DNA from: Octopus sinensis | Lineage: Eukaryota | Length of the DNA stretch: 64,000 bases | Direction of reading: 5' to 3' | Assembly (NCBI RefSeq): GCF_006345805.1 | Contig: NC_042997.1 | Location: forward strand, 195,672,001-195,736,000 | Part shown: positions 1 to 11,437 of the stretch, in pieces | How the letters are laid out: each line of letters opens with the position of its first letter | Position numbering within the stretch: the first letter of the stretch is position 1 | Program-made: the position numbers and the translations under genes | The notes under the pieces: model-generated | The model's input: only the letters and a program-made list of their open reading frames with translations | The model's database searches: none | Told to the model about the DNA's origin: nothing

Positions 1-4
1 AATT

Positions 5-197
5 TTTAGCATGCCAAGCTAAATGTTTAGCAGTGTTTCGTCTGTGCTTACTTTGTGAGTTCGAGTTCCGCCGATGTCGACTTTGCCTTTCATCCTTTCG
101 GGATCGATAAAATAACGTCCTGTTGAACACTCAGGTCGATGTAATTGACTATCCCCGTCCCACTAAAATTTCAGGCCTTGTGCTTATAGTAGAAAGT
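5..197 (+). mobile_element. tRNA-derived SINE family A, diverged copy
   Basis: B-box-like GAGTTCGAG, then the family core GTCGACTTTGCCTTTCATCCTTTCGGGATCGATAAAATAA that recurs many times in the window. Confidence 0.8.
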
Positions 198-271
198 ATT
201 ACTTCATATGGCTGCCCTATAGAACTAGTTCTGTAGCCTCGGATCATAAGTCATACAAGACAAGAAGAGGG

Positions 272-372
272 CTTCTTAGTGCCACAGAACTATGAAGGAA
301 GGAACCTCTGGGTGGTCGTTCGAGTTTCGAAAAATAGCAGCTAAATCACCTTCAAATCACATCGTCTAAGTA
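272..372 (-). repeat. Short interspersed repeat (family E) fragment
   Basis: Reverse complement reads GTGTGATTTGAAGGTGATTTAGCTGCTATTT...CGACCACCCAGAGG, matching the units at 29339-29603. Confidence 0.55.
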
Positions 373-491
373 ATAAAAAAATAAGGAAGTGAATACATTA
401 GATGTGAGGGTACTGTTCATGGGAAAATGGGATGGTCACGGCAGGAACACCTTTGACAAATGTTTGCAGGATCAGAAGTGATACAGGGCTA

Positions 492-540
492 AGCAGCAGC
501 AGCAGCAGCAGCAGCAGAATCACCAGCAGCAACGACAACA
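492..540 (+). repeat. (CAG)n trinucleotide tract
   Basis: Eight CAG units followed by degenerate CAG/CAA units. Confidence 0.9.
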
Positions 541-1379
541 AGAGCCGATGCATTATACTACTGTCACGCAGTTGCCTCCCCTTGAACTCTGAAATAAACA
601 CGTCCACTATCTTACACCCCTAAAACAGCCTCGAATCAGATCTTCCTTTCCGATAGAGAATCTCCACCGATCATTAAAACTCCAAAGGAAACATTAACCA
701 AACTAATGTTTGATCCAATAAAGTCTGTGGAGAAAACAAAACTAACGTTTCGTTCTGTGGAGAGAGAGAACGCGAGAGAGAGTGTTGGTGGCAGGAGAGA
801 GAAGGATCTTTCTATTATAAATGAAAACATCAAAGAGATATCATTTCTAAGCAAATGTCTAATGTTCTCTGTCAGGCATCAACGCTTCACTGACAATGTT
901 AGAAGAGTTCACAGAAAATAAATTACACCTGACGTATATCTATTCCATTTTACCAGAGCCCTGACTTAAAACAAGTTGGCAATTCCGTCATTGTCATAAT
1001 GATAATTTTTTTCTACTTGGCATATTTCCCTTAATACTATAGCTCTTTGGCTGCTTTCGAACCTAGCGCTGCTGCCAATTGCCTCTGCCTCACCATGCTA
1101 ATCATAGATAGAAATAAATACTAATAGAATATTAAAATATGGTAGACGGTTCGTTAAAACGACAGTCAGTTTATACCTAAACCTAACATTTTATTTGTAT
1201 CACTGTGGTTTTATTTTCTGAAGTTAGACAAAAGAAGAAGGATATTATTCATATCTTTCATAAATTTTCGTAAATAAGTGAAATGGGCGCAATTGGTGTC
1301 TAACTTCAAACCTGAACAGAGAGGCAGCGATCCGGTATGGTTTGCAACAAAATTAACAAATGAAGCCCCAACAAATTTC

Positions 1380-1555
1380 CATAGGCGTGGGGTGGTTGTG
1401 TACTAAGAAGTTTTCTTCCCAACCATATGGTTCCCGGTTCAGTCCTACTCCGTGGTACCTTGGGCATGTGTTTTCTACTATAGCTTCGGGCCAACCAAAG
1501 TTTTGTGAGTGGATCTGGCAGAGAGAAACTGACAGAAACCTGTCTTATATATGTG
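1380..1555 (+). mobile_element. CORE-type tRNA SINE family C, 5' part
   Basis: Head ATAGGCGTGGGGTGG, GGTTCAGTCC B box, and MIR/CORE-like GGTACCTTGGGCATGTGTTTTCTACT. Confidence 0.8.
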
Positions 1556-1742
1556 TCACCAAGAAGAACACGTGTGTTGAAAAGATAATCGAAAGCGTTC
1601 ACACACACTCGAAAGAAATTTCATCAAAATGTTCAGTGACGTTCTGAGAAAGAATTTACAACTTTCTTAAGAAAATAACTTTTTAAAGAAATCTGTTTTA
1701 TACTTGTTAAAAGTGTCAAATAATTTTCAGAAAGACTTTTAA

Positions 1743-1773
<31 letters not shown>

Positions 1774-1802
1774 ATTATATATATATATATATATATAATA
1801 TA

Positions 1803-1834
<32 letters not shown>

Positions 1835-1880
1835 TATATATTATATATATATATATATTATATATATATATATATATATA

Positions 1881-2060
1881 AGACGAAGACAGGTGGTGTA
1901 CAAAACAAACAGATGTATAACGCTCAGGATTAGAAAAAGTCTTTTACGTTTCGAGCCTACGCTCGTCTACAGAAATGGACACAGAAAAAGCAAGGAGAGA
2001 AACAAGGAGAGAAAAAAAGGAGAGAAAAAAATGTGTGTAGTGGCTAACGATCTATCATGG

Positions 2061-2063
<3 letters not shown>
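1881..2063 (-). mobile_element. PLE pseudo-LTR-like remnant between (TA)n arrays, with degenerate hammerhead
   Basis: Minus strand 1942-1975 reads CTGTAGA-C-GAGC-gtag-GCTC-GAAA-CG-TA, a minimal hammerhead with one core substitution. (TA)n on both sides. Confidence 0.5.
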
Positions 2064-2095
<32 letters not shown>

Positions 2096-2309
2096 ACGCT
2101 AATCAGGCAATCTAATGTTAATGCTAATCTTGAACAAAATACCAGTCTAAAATATTCTGGAATCAGTCTAATGTATTTTTTGCCAGTGTAACGAAGAGAA
2201 GTGCTATGGGTGTGTAAATAGTCTTCATAAGTTTTGAGATGATACAGTTGTTGCTTAATTAATTATTGTCGTGTCAAGTATCAATTACAAACTAGATATT
2301 CTGTCTGCT

Positions 2310-2520
2310 GGTGAAAGATGTGTATTGGGAGAAAATTGTTCTCATGTCTATACTTCGAAATCACCTCTTGTCTCTTGTTGCGCATATAAAAGACTGTTTG
2401 TGGTTATCATTGATTTCTTATTAGGTTACTGAGACAATATATCTTTTCATTTTGAAACTGAAGGAATGGATATGCTGAATGCTCTTAATACGCCTGCTCT
2501 TGAAAGTATTTTTAATTTCT
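2310..2520 (-). mobile_element. Naiad-like PLE GIY-YIG C-terminal fragment
   Basis: 2388-2326 translates YMRNKRQEVISKYRHENNFLP, matching the LNKRxELxSxCRHxNKFLL terminus of Naiad-type PLE ORFs. Confidence 0.5.
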
Positions 2521-2534
2521 GCCACTGCTATGCA

Positions 2535-2687
2535 CGAAACATATTGCAAACGTTTCATTTGTAGCATTGATAAGCACTTACATATCAAGAAGACATGGTG
2601 TGAGATACCGAAACATATTGCAAACGTTTCATTTGTAGCATTGATAAGCACTTACATATCAAGAAGACATGGTGTGAGATACCGAAA
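2535..2687. repeat. Exact 74-bp tandem duplication
   Basis: CGAAACATATTGC...GAGATAC starts at 2535 and 2609; a third CGAAA starts at 2683. Confidence 0.95.
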
Positions 2688-3229
2688 AGTTATGTAGGTA
2701 TTGGACCAAAATATAGCGTAGATCTTATTGCACTTAACGCTCAGCATTCACCGTGACAAAATTAAGTGTTGATTGTTTATTGAACTGCATATTTCACAAC
2801 GATTATAGCGCGCTTAACATTTATACTGTGTGGTGGATTGAACCAATTAATTTTAGTAGTTGATGTTTTTTATGTGTATCGTGTTTGTATATGTTGCAGT
2901 CTCCCTTAATCTAACGTTTATTTAGCGAATACTTGGATTAATATTTAACGTGATCAAAACATTGTTTAAGGATATTTAGGATATTATTCTTCTGGTGTTT
3001 CTCAAGAGATTGTACGATGGTGGGTTAGTGGGTAGAATCTCTATTAATGCTTAACAGATATTCGTTTGGTTTTCTAAACCTATGAACTAGTATTTAGGTA
3101 TAATGCCAATAAATTGTACGTTAGAAAGCTTTATACGATTGAGGGTTAGTCTCTGGATTCTCACACAAACGCAAACATTTACGCATGCAAATACATACAC
3201 AGACACATGTATACATATATAACGTTTTC

Positions 3230-3295
<66 letters not shown>

Positions 3296-3529
3296 ACATG
3301 CATACATACATACATACATACATACATACATACATACATACATACATACATACATACATACATACACACACATATATATATATATATGTATGTATGTATA
3401 AACAATAAATCAAATAGAGAGATATAAATGACAATCCAATAATTTATTTATTTTATAATATAATATACTATAAATATAATATAATATAGCATCAACAATT
3501 ATTTAACTTATTGTTTGTAATTTGCATAT

Positions 3530-3671
3530 TTGCATTATACCCATATTTATGGGGTATTCAACTGACGTACCAGTGACTTGGATATTTTACACACCCCTTC
3601 GAAGGAACTTTTTCCTTTGTTACCTTATATATGCGATTTTAATATAGAGCAACGCCGGGTATATTTGCTAG
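3530..3671 (+). mobile_element. Non-autonomous Helitron 3' end
   Basis: GAGCAACGCCGGG followed by CTAG|T, the same terminus as the Helitrons at 30387 and 55499. The 5' boundary is uncertain. Confidence 0.6.
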
Positions 3672-3926
3672 TATTATATATAAACAAGCACACTCATACA
3701 CACATATATATACATACATACATAATACATATCCTTACATACATACATGCGTACATACATATATACAGATACACACACACATATGCACACACTCACTCAC
3801 TAATTCACACACACACATATATCACACAGGCACTCACATAGTTACAAATATATATGTATATATTTATATATATATACATATATATACATATATATAAGTA
3901 TATATGTATATATATATATATAATTA

Positions 3927-4665
3927 TATTTAAAATTTAATAAGGGTAGAAATTGATATTAATTAATTAAAACTAGTGGCCCAGCATATTAAAAAATCCG
4001 AAGATTAAAATATTTTTACATACAAAATTTAAAGGACTGACCACTAAATGTGGACCGTCAACATGCTAGATATAGACGTCAAATCGCTATTTTCCACAAA
4101 TAATATGTTCTCAATATGGTCAGTCTTTTAAATTTTGTATGTAAGATATTTTAATCTTCGGAATTTTTAATATGCTGGGCCACTGGTTTTAATTGATTAA
4201 TATCAATTTCTACCCTTATTAAATTTTAAATTAAATAAATATGTTCTCTAACCGGTAAATTGACTGCTGCTACTTATTAGCTGCAGGGTGGTTTTTCCGA
4301 TCTCAGCGCGCCAAAGTGAAGTCATTTGAAAGATACACAAAAATATAATCGGTTGGACTCCATGCATGCGAGACTCCGGTCAAAAGTTTTTGCATCTAGT
4401 CCTGCAAATTGTATTTTCTATATTGACAGACCATGCTGACGAGATTACAGTTTATCCTTGCGGATATTAATAAACGAAACTGATTCAGTACATGGGTAAT
4501 CATTTTTATTTCGTATATTTTCATTTGTCTTGCTTATTTTTAATGCTTTGGTTTTGTGCTGAGTTTTTATTTGAGAACATATTCTTTGTGGAAAATAGCG
4601 ATTTGACGTCTATATCTAGCATGTTGACGGTCCACTTTTAGTGGTCAGTCCTTTAAATTTTGTAT
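3927..4665. mobile_element. PLE-derived inverted-repeat element in (TA)n
   Basis: About 3927-4043 is the reverse complement of about 4117-4230; about 4020-4115 is the reverse complement of about 4570-4665. Contains a hammerhead motif. (TA)n flanks. Confidence 0.75.
4431..4495 (+). ncRNA. Type I hammerhead ribozyme motif with atypical stem II
   Basis: CCATG-CTGACGA-G...C-GAAA-CTGA-T-TCAG-T-A-CATGG: stem I CCATG/CATGG, intact core, near-palindromic stem III, GUA cleavage triplet. Confidence 0.65.
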
Positions 4666-4690
4666 ATATAATATATATATATATAATATA

Positions 4691-4721
<31 letters not shown>

Positions 4722-4829
4722 TTGTATATTTATATATGTATACATATATATATATATATATATATGTATATTTATATATATTATATATGTATATGTATAA
4801 TATATATATATATATATTATATATATATA

Positions 4830-4859
<30 letters not shown>

Positions 4860-4867
<8 letters not shown>

Positions 4868-5500
4868 TATATACAGTATAATTAATTTTCGATTGATTGA
4901 TTAATGCCGGTGAAGATAAATAATAATCACTACATTTCCGACATTTGAAAGTTATTTTTTAAAAATATTTTCATTTGATCAACTTTGATAAAGATCATGT
5001 AATAATCGATAAGAAATATGATGTAATATATCTGAAGTAGCAGTCATTGAAGTAGACACGAAAGGAGTCGGGGTTACAAGGAAGAGGGTGAAGAGACAAC
5101 GGTTGAGAAGTGGAGGATGAGTAATACAGTCCAAAATAAAGACAAGTCTTGAATTATATACGTTTTGTTTGTGCGTGTAGATATATGTGCGTAGTGTGGT
5201 GGTGGTGGCGTGTGTGTGGTGTGTGCGTGTGTGTACATTTATATACATATATATATATACATATATATATACATAAGCCGTTATATATATGTATATATAT
5301 ATATATATAATATATTCACACATTACATACATTGTACACAAACGCATATGCGTGTAAGTGTGTATGTAAGTATATTTGTATGTACATATATATGTATACA
5401 TGCATACATATAGGTATATATATGCATACCTATACTGTCTCACACGTATATATGTATACTTACAAGATATACATTTACATTTACAAATATATACTTATGC

Positions 5501-5549
<49 letters not shown>

Positions 5550-6181
5550 TATATACAGTATAATTAATTTTCGATTGATTGATTAATGCCGGTGAAGATA
5601 AATAATAATCACTACATTTCCGACATTTGAAAGTTATTTTTTAAAAATATTTTCATTTGATCAACTTTGATAAAGATCATGTAATAATCGATAAGAAATA
5701 TGATGTAATATATCTGAAGTAGCAGTCATTGAAGTAGACACGAAAGGAGTCGGGGTTACAAGGAAGAGGGTGAAGAGACAACGGTTGAGAAGTGGAGGAT
5801 GAGTAATACAGTCCAAAATAAAGACAAGTCTTGAATTATATACGTTTTGTTTGTGCGTGTAGATATATGTGCGTAGTGTGGTGGTGGTGGCGTGTGTGTG
5901 GTGTGTGCGTGTGTGTACATTTATATACATATATATATATACATATATATACATAAGCCGTTATATATATGTATATATATATATATATAATATATTCACA
6001 CATTTACATACATTGTACACAAACGCATATGCGTGTAAGTGTGTATGTAAGTATATTTGTATGTACATATATATGTATACATGCATACATATAGGTATAT
6101 ATATGCATACCTATACTGTCTCACACGTATATATGTATACTTACAAGATATACATTTACATTTACAAATATATACTTATGC

Positions 6182-6200
<19 letters not shown>
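4860..6200. repeat. ~682-bp tandem duplication
   Basis: CAGTATAATTAATTTTCGATTG starts at 4874 and 5556. The copies differ only by a 1-nt indel and microsatellite length as far as I can read. Confidence 0.9.
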
Positions 6201-6218
<18 letters not shown>

Positions 6219-6295
6219 ATATTATATATTATATATAATATATATATATATACATAAACACACACACACACACACACAACACACACACACACACA

Positions 6296-6353
<58 letters not shown>

Positions 6354-6932
6354 GAGTAAGTGTATGTATGTGTGTCTATGTATGAACTGTAGTTTTTGGT
6401 GGCTTTAGCATTACAATTATTTTCGTGCAGCCAAGTAAAAGATATTAACATAGAATTTGGTCAGACATCGAATATTGTTTGTTTTTTGATACAATGTAAC
6501 GTTTTGTCTATCAGTTTAAAAAAAAATCCATGTTGTTTGTTTATTTGCAAATATATTTTTGTTAGGTTTCTCTGTTCAAGATCTCTGCCGTATGAAGAAG
6601 ATATGTTTTTGTGTCAGGTACAATAGCAAAACTTAAGCGGATGTGATATTCACCATGGGAGCTGAGAGCATAGGAAGCCATTATATTAACGGTAAGAAAA
6701 AAAAACCCAAAAGAAATTCAAGGTGTTTATGAGTATGTGGGTGCACTGTGTTGCTGGGAGAGTCTTTGACAAAAAATGTGACTTTTGATACGAGGTCCAG
6801 GAGGATTTTTGCGCATATATCAAGATAGTAGATACAAAAAAGTTTGGTAATGTAGGTCATTCATTGGATTTCACTCAGATTATTTATTGAGCTGAAGGAT
6901 TTTCTAGCATTAAAGAATAAGGCTCGCTTATT

Positions 6933-7230
6933 AGGAGGAGAGTGGAGGTTAGGACAGCGGACTTGCGATCGGAGGATCGCGGTCTCGATTCTCAGACCGT
7001 GCGTTGGGTGTGTCTATTGAGCGAAAACACCTGAAAGCTCCACGAAGCTCCGGCAGGGGGTGGTGGCGACCCCTTCTCGTACTCTTACGCCACATCTTTC
7101 CCTCAATCTCTCTTCCTGTTTCTTGAGTAACGCTGCGATGGACTGGCGTCCCGTCCAACTCGGCGGACACATACACCACAGAAACCGGGAAACCGGGCAC
7201 ATGAGCGTGGCTAGGCTTCAAAAGGGCGAC
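6933..7230 (+). mobile_element. tRNA-derived SINE family B1
   Basis: tRNA-like head, body GAGCGAAAACACCTGAAAGCTCCACG, tail GATGGACTGGCGTCCCGTCCA...GAAACCGGG...AAAGGGCG. Confidence 0.8.
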
Positions 7231-7650
7231 GTTTATCGTTTTTTTTATGAGAAGGAGAGCAGTTTTAGTAATACCATATCTGTATACTCACCTGACAGAT
7301 CCTGTTGGCGGTTGCGTGATCCGCTATAAACAGTAGCTAGGTTTTCCTCAAACCATATGTTACTGTTATTTAAGGGAAAAGAACCGACCCGGAAATTATT
7401 ATCCAAGGTACATTATCCGGAAAAATATGAAATATGATGGTGTGGTCCTGGACAGAAAGTTTTAGATAGAATGTTTTAGCTTGATCAGAATTGGACAAGT
7501 GCTAATCTACAAGAATGGCTTAGAGTTTGTGTTTGTGAAGCCTGACGTCTACAATTAGATCTTGACGTTTACACCCATGAATATTTTAAGGGTTGGAAGG
7601 GTATAGTACTTCATTCTCGTTCATATAGTACTTAATTTTCGTTCAGGACC

Positions 7651-7850
7651 ACTTACTGCAACAGACTGGGTTTCAAGGGCCCACAGCTTTTTAATATTCT
7701 CCCAAAGAACCTGAGGGATCTACACAAAGTGGATGTAGGTGTTTTCAAAACAAAACTGGATCTCTTCCTGTCCAAAGTCCCAGATGCGGCAGGGGGCGCA
7801 AATGAGAGCAGCGACATCAAACTCCATTATTCACCCAAATGTCACATATC
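7651..7850 (+). mobile_element. CR1/L2-group LINE ORF2 C-terminal fragment
   Basis: TYCNRLGFKGPQLFNILPKNLRDLHKVDVGVFKTKLDLFLSKVPD, then a frameshifted RAATSNSI motif. Confidence 0.75.
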
Positions 7851-8120
7851 AGAGGAGGCGCTCACGTTTCGGGATTTTTCTCCAGACGCTGTCCAGCAGC
7901 AAATTCGGCGAACATTCATAACACCTACACTATGTACGTGCAACTGATAATGACTACATTACTAGAACTGCTTTTTAATTCGTAACTTAATTTCTTCTAA
8001 AGAAGTATGAGTTATTCTGTGTTTTTAAGCACACCAAGTCTTTTAAAGGAGTCTACATTATAGCAAAGACTGCTGCTTTACAGCGTTTAACAACATACAT
8101 TAAGTATGTCATATTGATAA

Positions 8121-8552
8121 TACTCTTACTCTTTTACTCTTTTACTTGTTTCAGTCATTTGACTGCGGCCATGCTAGAGCACCGCATTTAGTCGAGCAAA
8201 TCGACCCCGGGACTTAGTCTTTGTAAGCCCAGTACTTATTCTATCGGTCTCTTTTTGCCGAACCGCTAAGTGACGAGGACGTAAACACACCAGCATCGGT
8301 TGTCAAGCAATGCTAGGGGGACAAACACAGGAAAACACATACATACACACACACACACACACACATACATATATATACATATATACGACGGGCTTCTTTC
8401 AGTTTCCGTCTACCAAATCCACTCACAAGGCATTGGTCGGCCCGGGGCTATAGCAGAAGACACTTGCCCAAGATGCCGCGCAGTGGGACTGAACCCAGAA
8501 CCATGTGGTTGGTTAGCAAGCTACTTACCACACAGCCACTCCTACGCCTATG
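8121..8552 (-). mobile_element. CORE-type SINE family C, full length
   Basis: Head, CORE segment, internal (CA/TA)n and (GAGTAAAA)n tail all present on the minus strand. Confidence 0.9.
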
Positions 8553-9285
8553 TTTACATTATTTAAGCTACTTCGAACACAAACATTCTAATTATGTGTT
8601 AGATTCAATTTGAATTATTACGTTAAGCTTTCCTTTCGTTTCTGTTATTTCCTCAATTTTCATGTTGTTCTGTCGAATGCTTCACAGAACGAAGAGATCC
8701 ATGACCCTACTGGGGGCTTCATATCTCATTGGGGATGGTTCCTTATTGGTAACTCAATGCTCACAGCATGGTTTGAATTCCGTTCTGCAACATTAAGTAC
8801 TGATAAATTTTCCTTGATAACAATACAGCGGCTTACTACGGAGAGGTGTGTCTATGAAACACGTTTAATCACAGTTAGGTGGACTGGGCATGAAAGTATT
8901 AAGTCTGTCAACGAAATGTCCAGCATTGCGACTGCGAAATAAATGGTCGACTGCCATTATCTGGCATTATCTTCGTTACTTAACTAACATTCATAACTAA
9001 CATTCAGCAACGGAGCAATCTACAATAGATGTGTCATATTATTAGATTCAAGTTCAGTTTCTGTTCTAGCTTTTATTTTATATACCTATCTCCGTTTATC
9101 AAAGGTGGTTGGTCCCCTCAAACGCACAGACACGCACGCACGCACACACACACGGCCACGCACACATACACACACACACAAACACAAACACACGCACACG
9201 CACAGACAAACACACACGCACACGTACACACACTGTAAAATGAATGAGTAATAAAAGAATAATGGAACATATTATTTTTTATTTA

Positions 9286-9860
9286 TGCGCCCTTTTCAAG
9301 CCTAGCCAGGCTCATGGGCCCGGTTTTCTGGTTTGTGTGGCGTATATGTCCTACCCGCCCCGCCCCGCCCTGCTAGCGGGACGGAACGCCAGTCCATCGC
9401 AGCGTTACTCAAGAAACAGGAAGAAAGAGTGAGAGAAAGTTAGGGCAAAAGAGTACAACAGGGGTCGCCCCACCACCCTGCAGGAGCCTCGTAGAGTTTT
9501 AGGTGTTTTCGCTCAATAAACACACACAACGCCCGGTCTGGGAATCGAAACTGCGATCCTCCAACCGCGAGTCTGCTGCCCTAACCACTGGGCCTTTGCG
9601 CCTCCACCTAAATGCGCCCTTTTAAAGCCTAGCCAGGCTTATGGGCCCGGTTTCCCGGTTTCTATGGCGTTTGTGTCCCCCAGCTGGACGGGACGCCAGT
9701 CCATCGCAGCGTTATTCATTTTTGCCAGCTGAGTGGACTGGAGCAACGTGAAATGAAGTGTTTTGCTCAAGAACGCAACGCGTCGCCCGGTCCAGGAATC
9801 GAAACCACAATCTTACGATCATGATGCTGACACCCTAGCCACTAAGCCACACGCCTCCAC
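9286..9860 (-). mobile_element. Two adjacent B1-type SINEs (about 9286-9607 and 9611-9860)
   Basis: Both have tRNA heads and the same ...GGCTAGGCTT(G/T)AAAAGGGCGCA tail; their middle parts differ. Confidence 0.8.
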
Positions 9861-10079
9861 AATAGAACATAAAGGTTAAATAAAATTTTCGTTCTCAGAC
9901 CCTATGTTGTCCTGAGCACTGTGGATTGTCCTTGGGGTGCGCTTTTGCAGTTCACACAGCATCGTTGAGAGCCGAAATGTTATCGCGAATCAATTCTTGA
10001 TAAGCGTACCGTGTTATCGCAGATCAGTGATAAACGAGTATAGATGTATATATATTGACGTCGACACTACTTACCTAAT

Positions 10080-10464
10080 GTGGAGGCGCAATGGCCCAGT
10101 GGTTAGGGCAGCGGACTCGCGGTCATAGGATCGCGGTTTCGATTCCCAGACCGGGCGTTGTGAGTGTTTATTGAGCGAAAACACCTAAAGCTCCACGAGG
10201 CTCCGGTAGGGGATGGTGGTGATCCCTGCTGTACTCTTTCACCACAACTTTCTCTCACTCTTACTTCCTGTTTCTGTTGTACCTGTATTTCAAAGGGCCG
10301 GCCTTGTCACTCTCTCTGTCACGCTGAATATCCCCGAGAACTACGTTAAGGGTACACGTGTCTGTGGAGTGCTCAGCCACTTACATGTTAATTTCACGAG
10401 CAGGCTGTTCTGTTGATTCGGATCAACCGGAACCCTCATCGTCGTAACCGACGGAGTGCTTCCC
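10080..10464 (+). mobile_element. tRNA-derived SINE family B2 with 32-bp TSD
   Basis: Head GGAGGCGCAATGGCCCAGTGGTTAGGGCAGCGGACTCGCGG. Direct repeats at 10048-10079 and 10465-10496 with one mismatch. Confidence 0.9.
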
Positions 10465-11004
10465 ATATATATTGACGTTGACACTACTTACCTAATCCAA
10501 ACAAAAACTCCACGTGTCAATAGAAAGCTGTTTCAAACAACCGGACAGCGGCTGTATCACTGTTTCGATACACAACTGTAGAATACATACGTTTGGTAAA
10601 TCAAGACTGATATCGGTTGGTTTATTAAAAGAAAACAGTAAAAATAATATACGGCAGCCACTTCACTTTCTAAACTTGTCTCAACAAGCGGCACTTGAGT
10701 TGGTACCAGACTAAAATACACCGCAACATTTTATACAACAACTGAAAATAACAAATGATAGAAGAGAATTTTTATTAGCTTTGAATTCTATTAAGAAAAG
10801 ATTTTATTGTTTTGCTGTTCGAATTCTACGTCTAGTAGTCAGACACATTACCATTCACAGTTAAAAAAAAAAATCTATTTGAAATGTCTCTTACACATCT
10901 AGATGTAATATATAATTTCATTTTAGTGCTTCATCATAATTTTTACTGATTATTTAAAAGAAAAAAAATGATCATTGCTTTCTTAATCTTGCAAAGATTT
11001 AAGT

Positions 11005-11036
<32 letters not shown>

Positions 11037-11184
11037 TATCATCATCAACATCGTTTAACATCCGCTTTCCATGCTAGCATGGGTTGGACGATTTTAACTG
11101 AGGACTGGTGAATCAGATGGCTGCACCAGGCTCCAGCCTGATCTAGCAGAGTTTCTACAGCTGGATGCCCTTCCTAAGGCCAAC
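11005..11184 (-). mobile_element. 3' end of a retroposon with (GAT)n tail
   Basis: (CAT)n tract abutting CGTTTAACATCCGCTTTCCATGCTAGCATGGGTTGGACG. Confidence 0.55.
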
Positions 11185-11437
11185 TATGTATGTTTGTACG
11201 TATATATATATACATATCCATATATATAGATATATATACACATATATGTGCATATATATACATATGTATACTTATATATACATATATGTATATATACATA
11301 CATACATATATATATATATATACATATATATACATTTATATATATGCATACATATATATATACATACATATATATATACATACACATATATATATACATT
11401 TATATATATGCATACATATATATACATACATATATAT

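Noticed and set aside
10080-10160. Possible tRNA genes at SINE heads
   Set aside because: They lack a closable acceptor stem and continue into SINE bodies with tails and TSDs.
10164-10416. Near-identical ORFs at 10213-10416 and 35692-35895
   Set aside because: Both lie within copies of SINE family B2.
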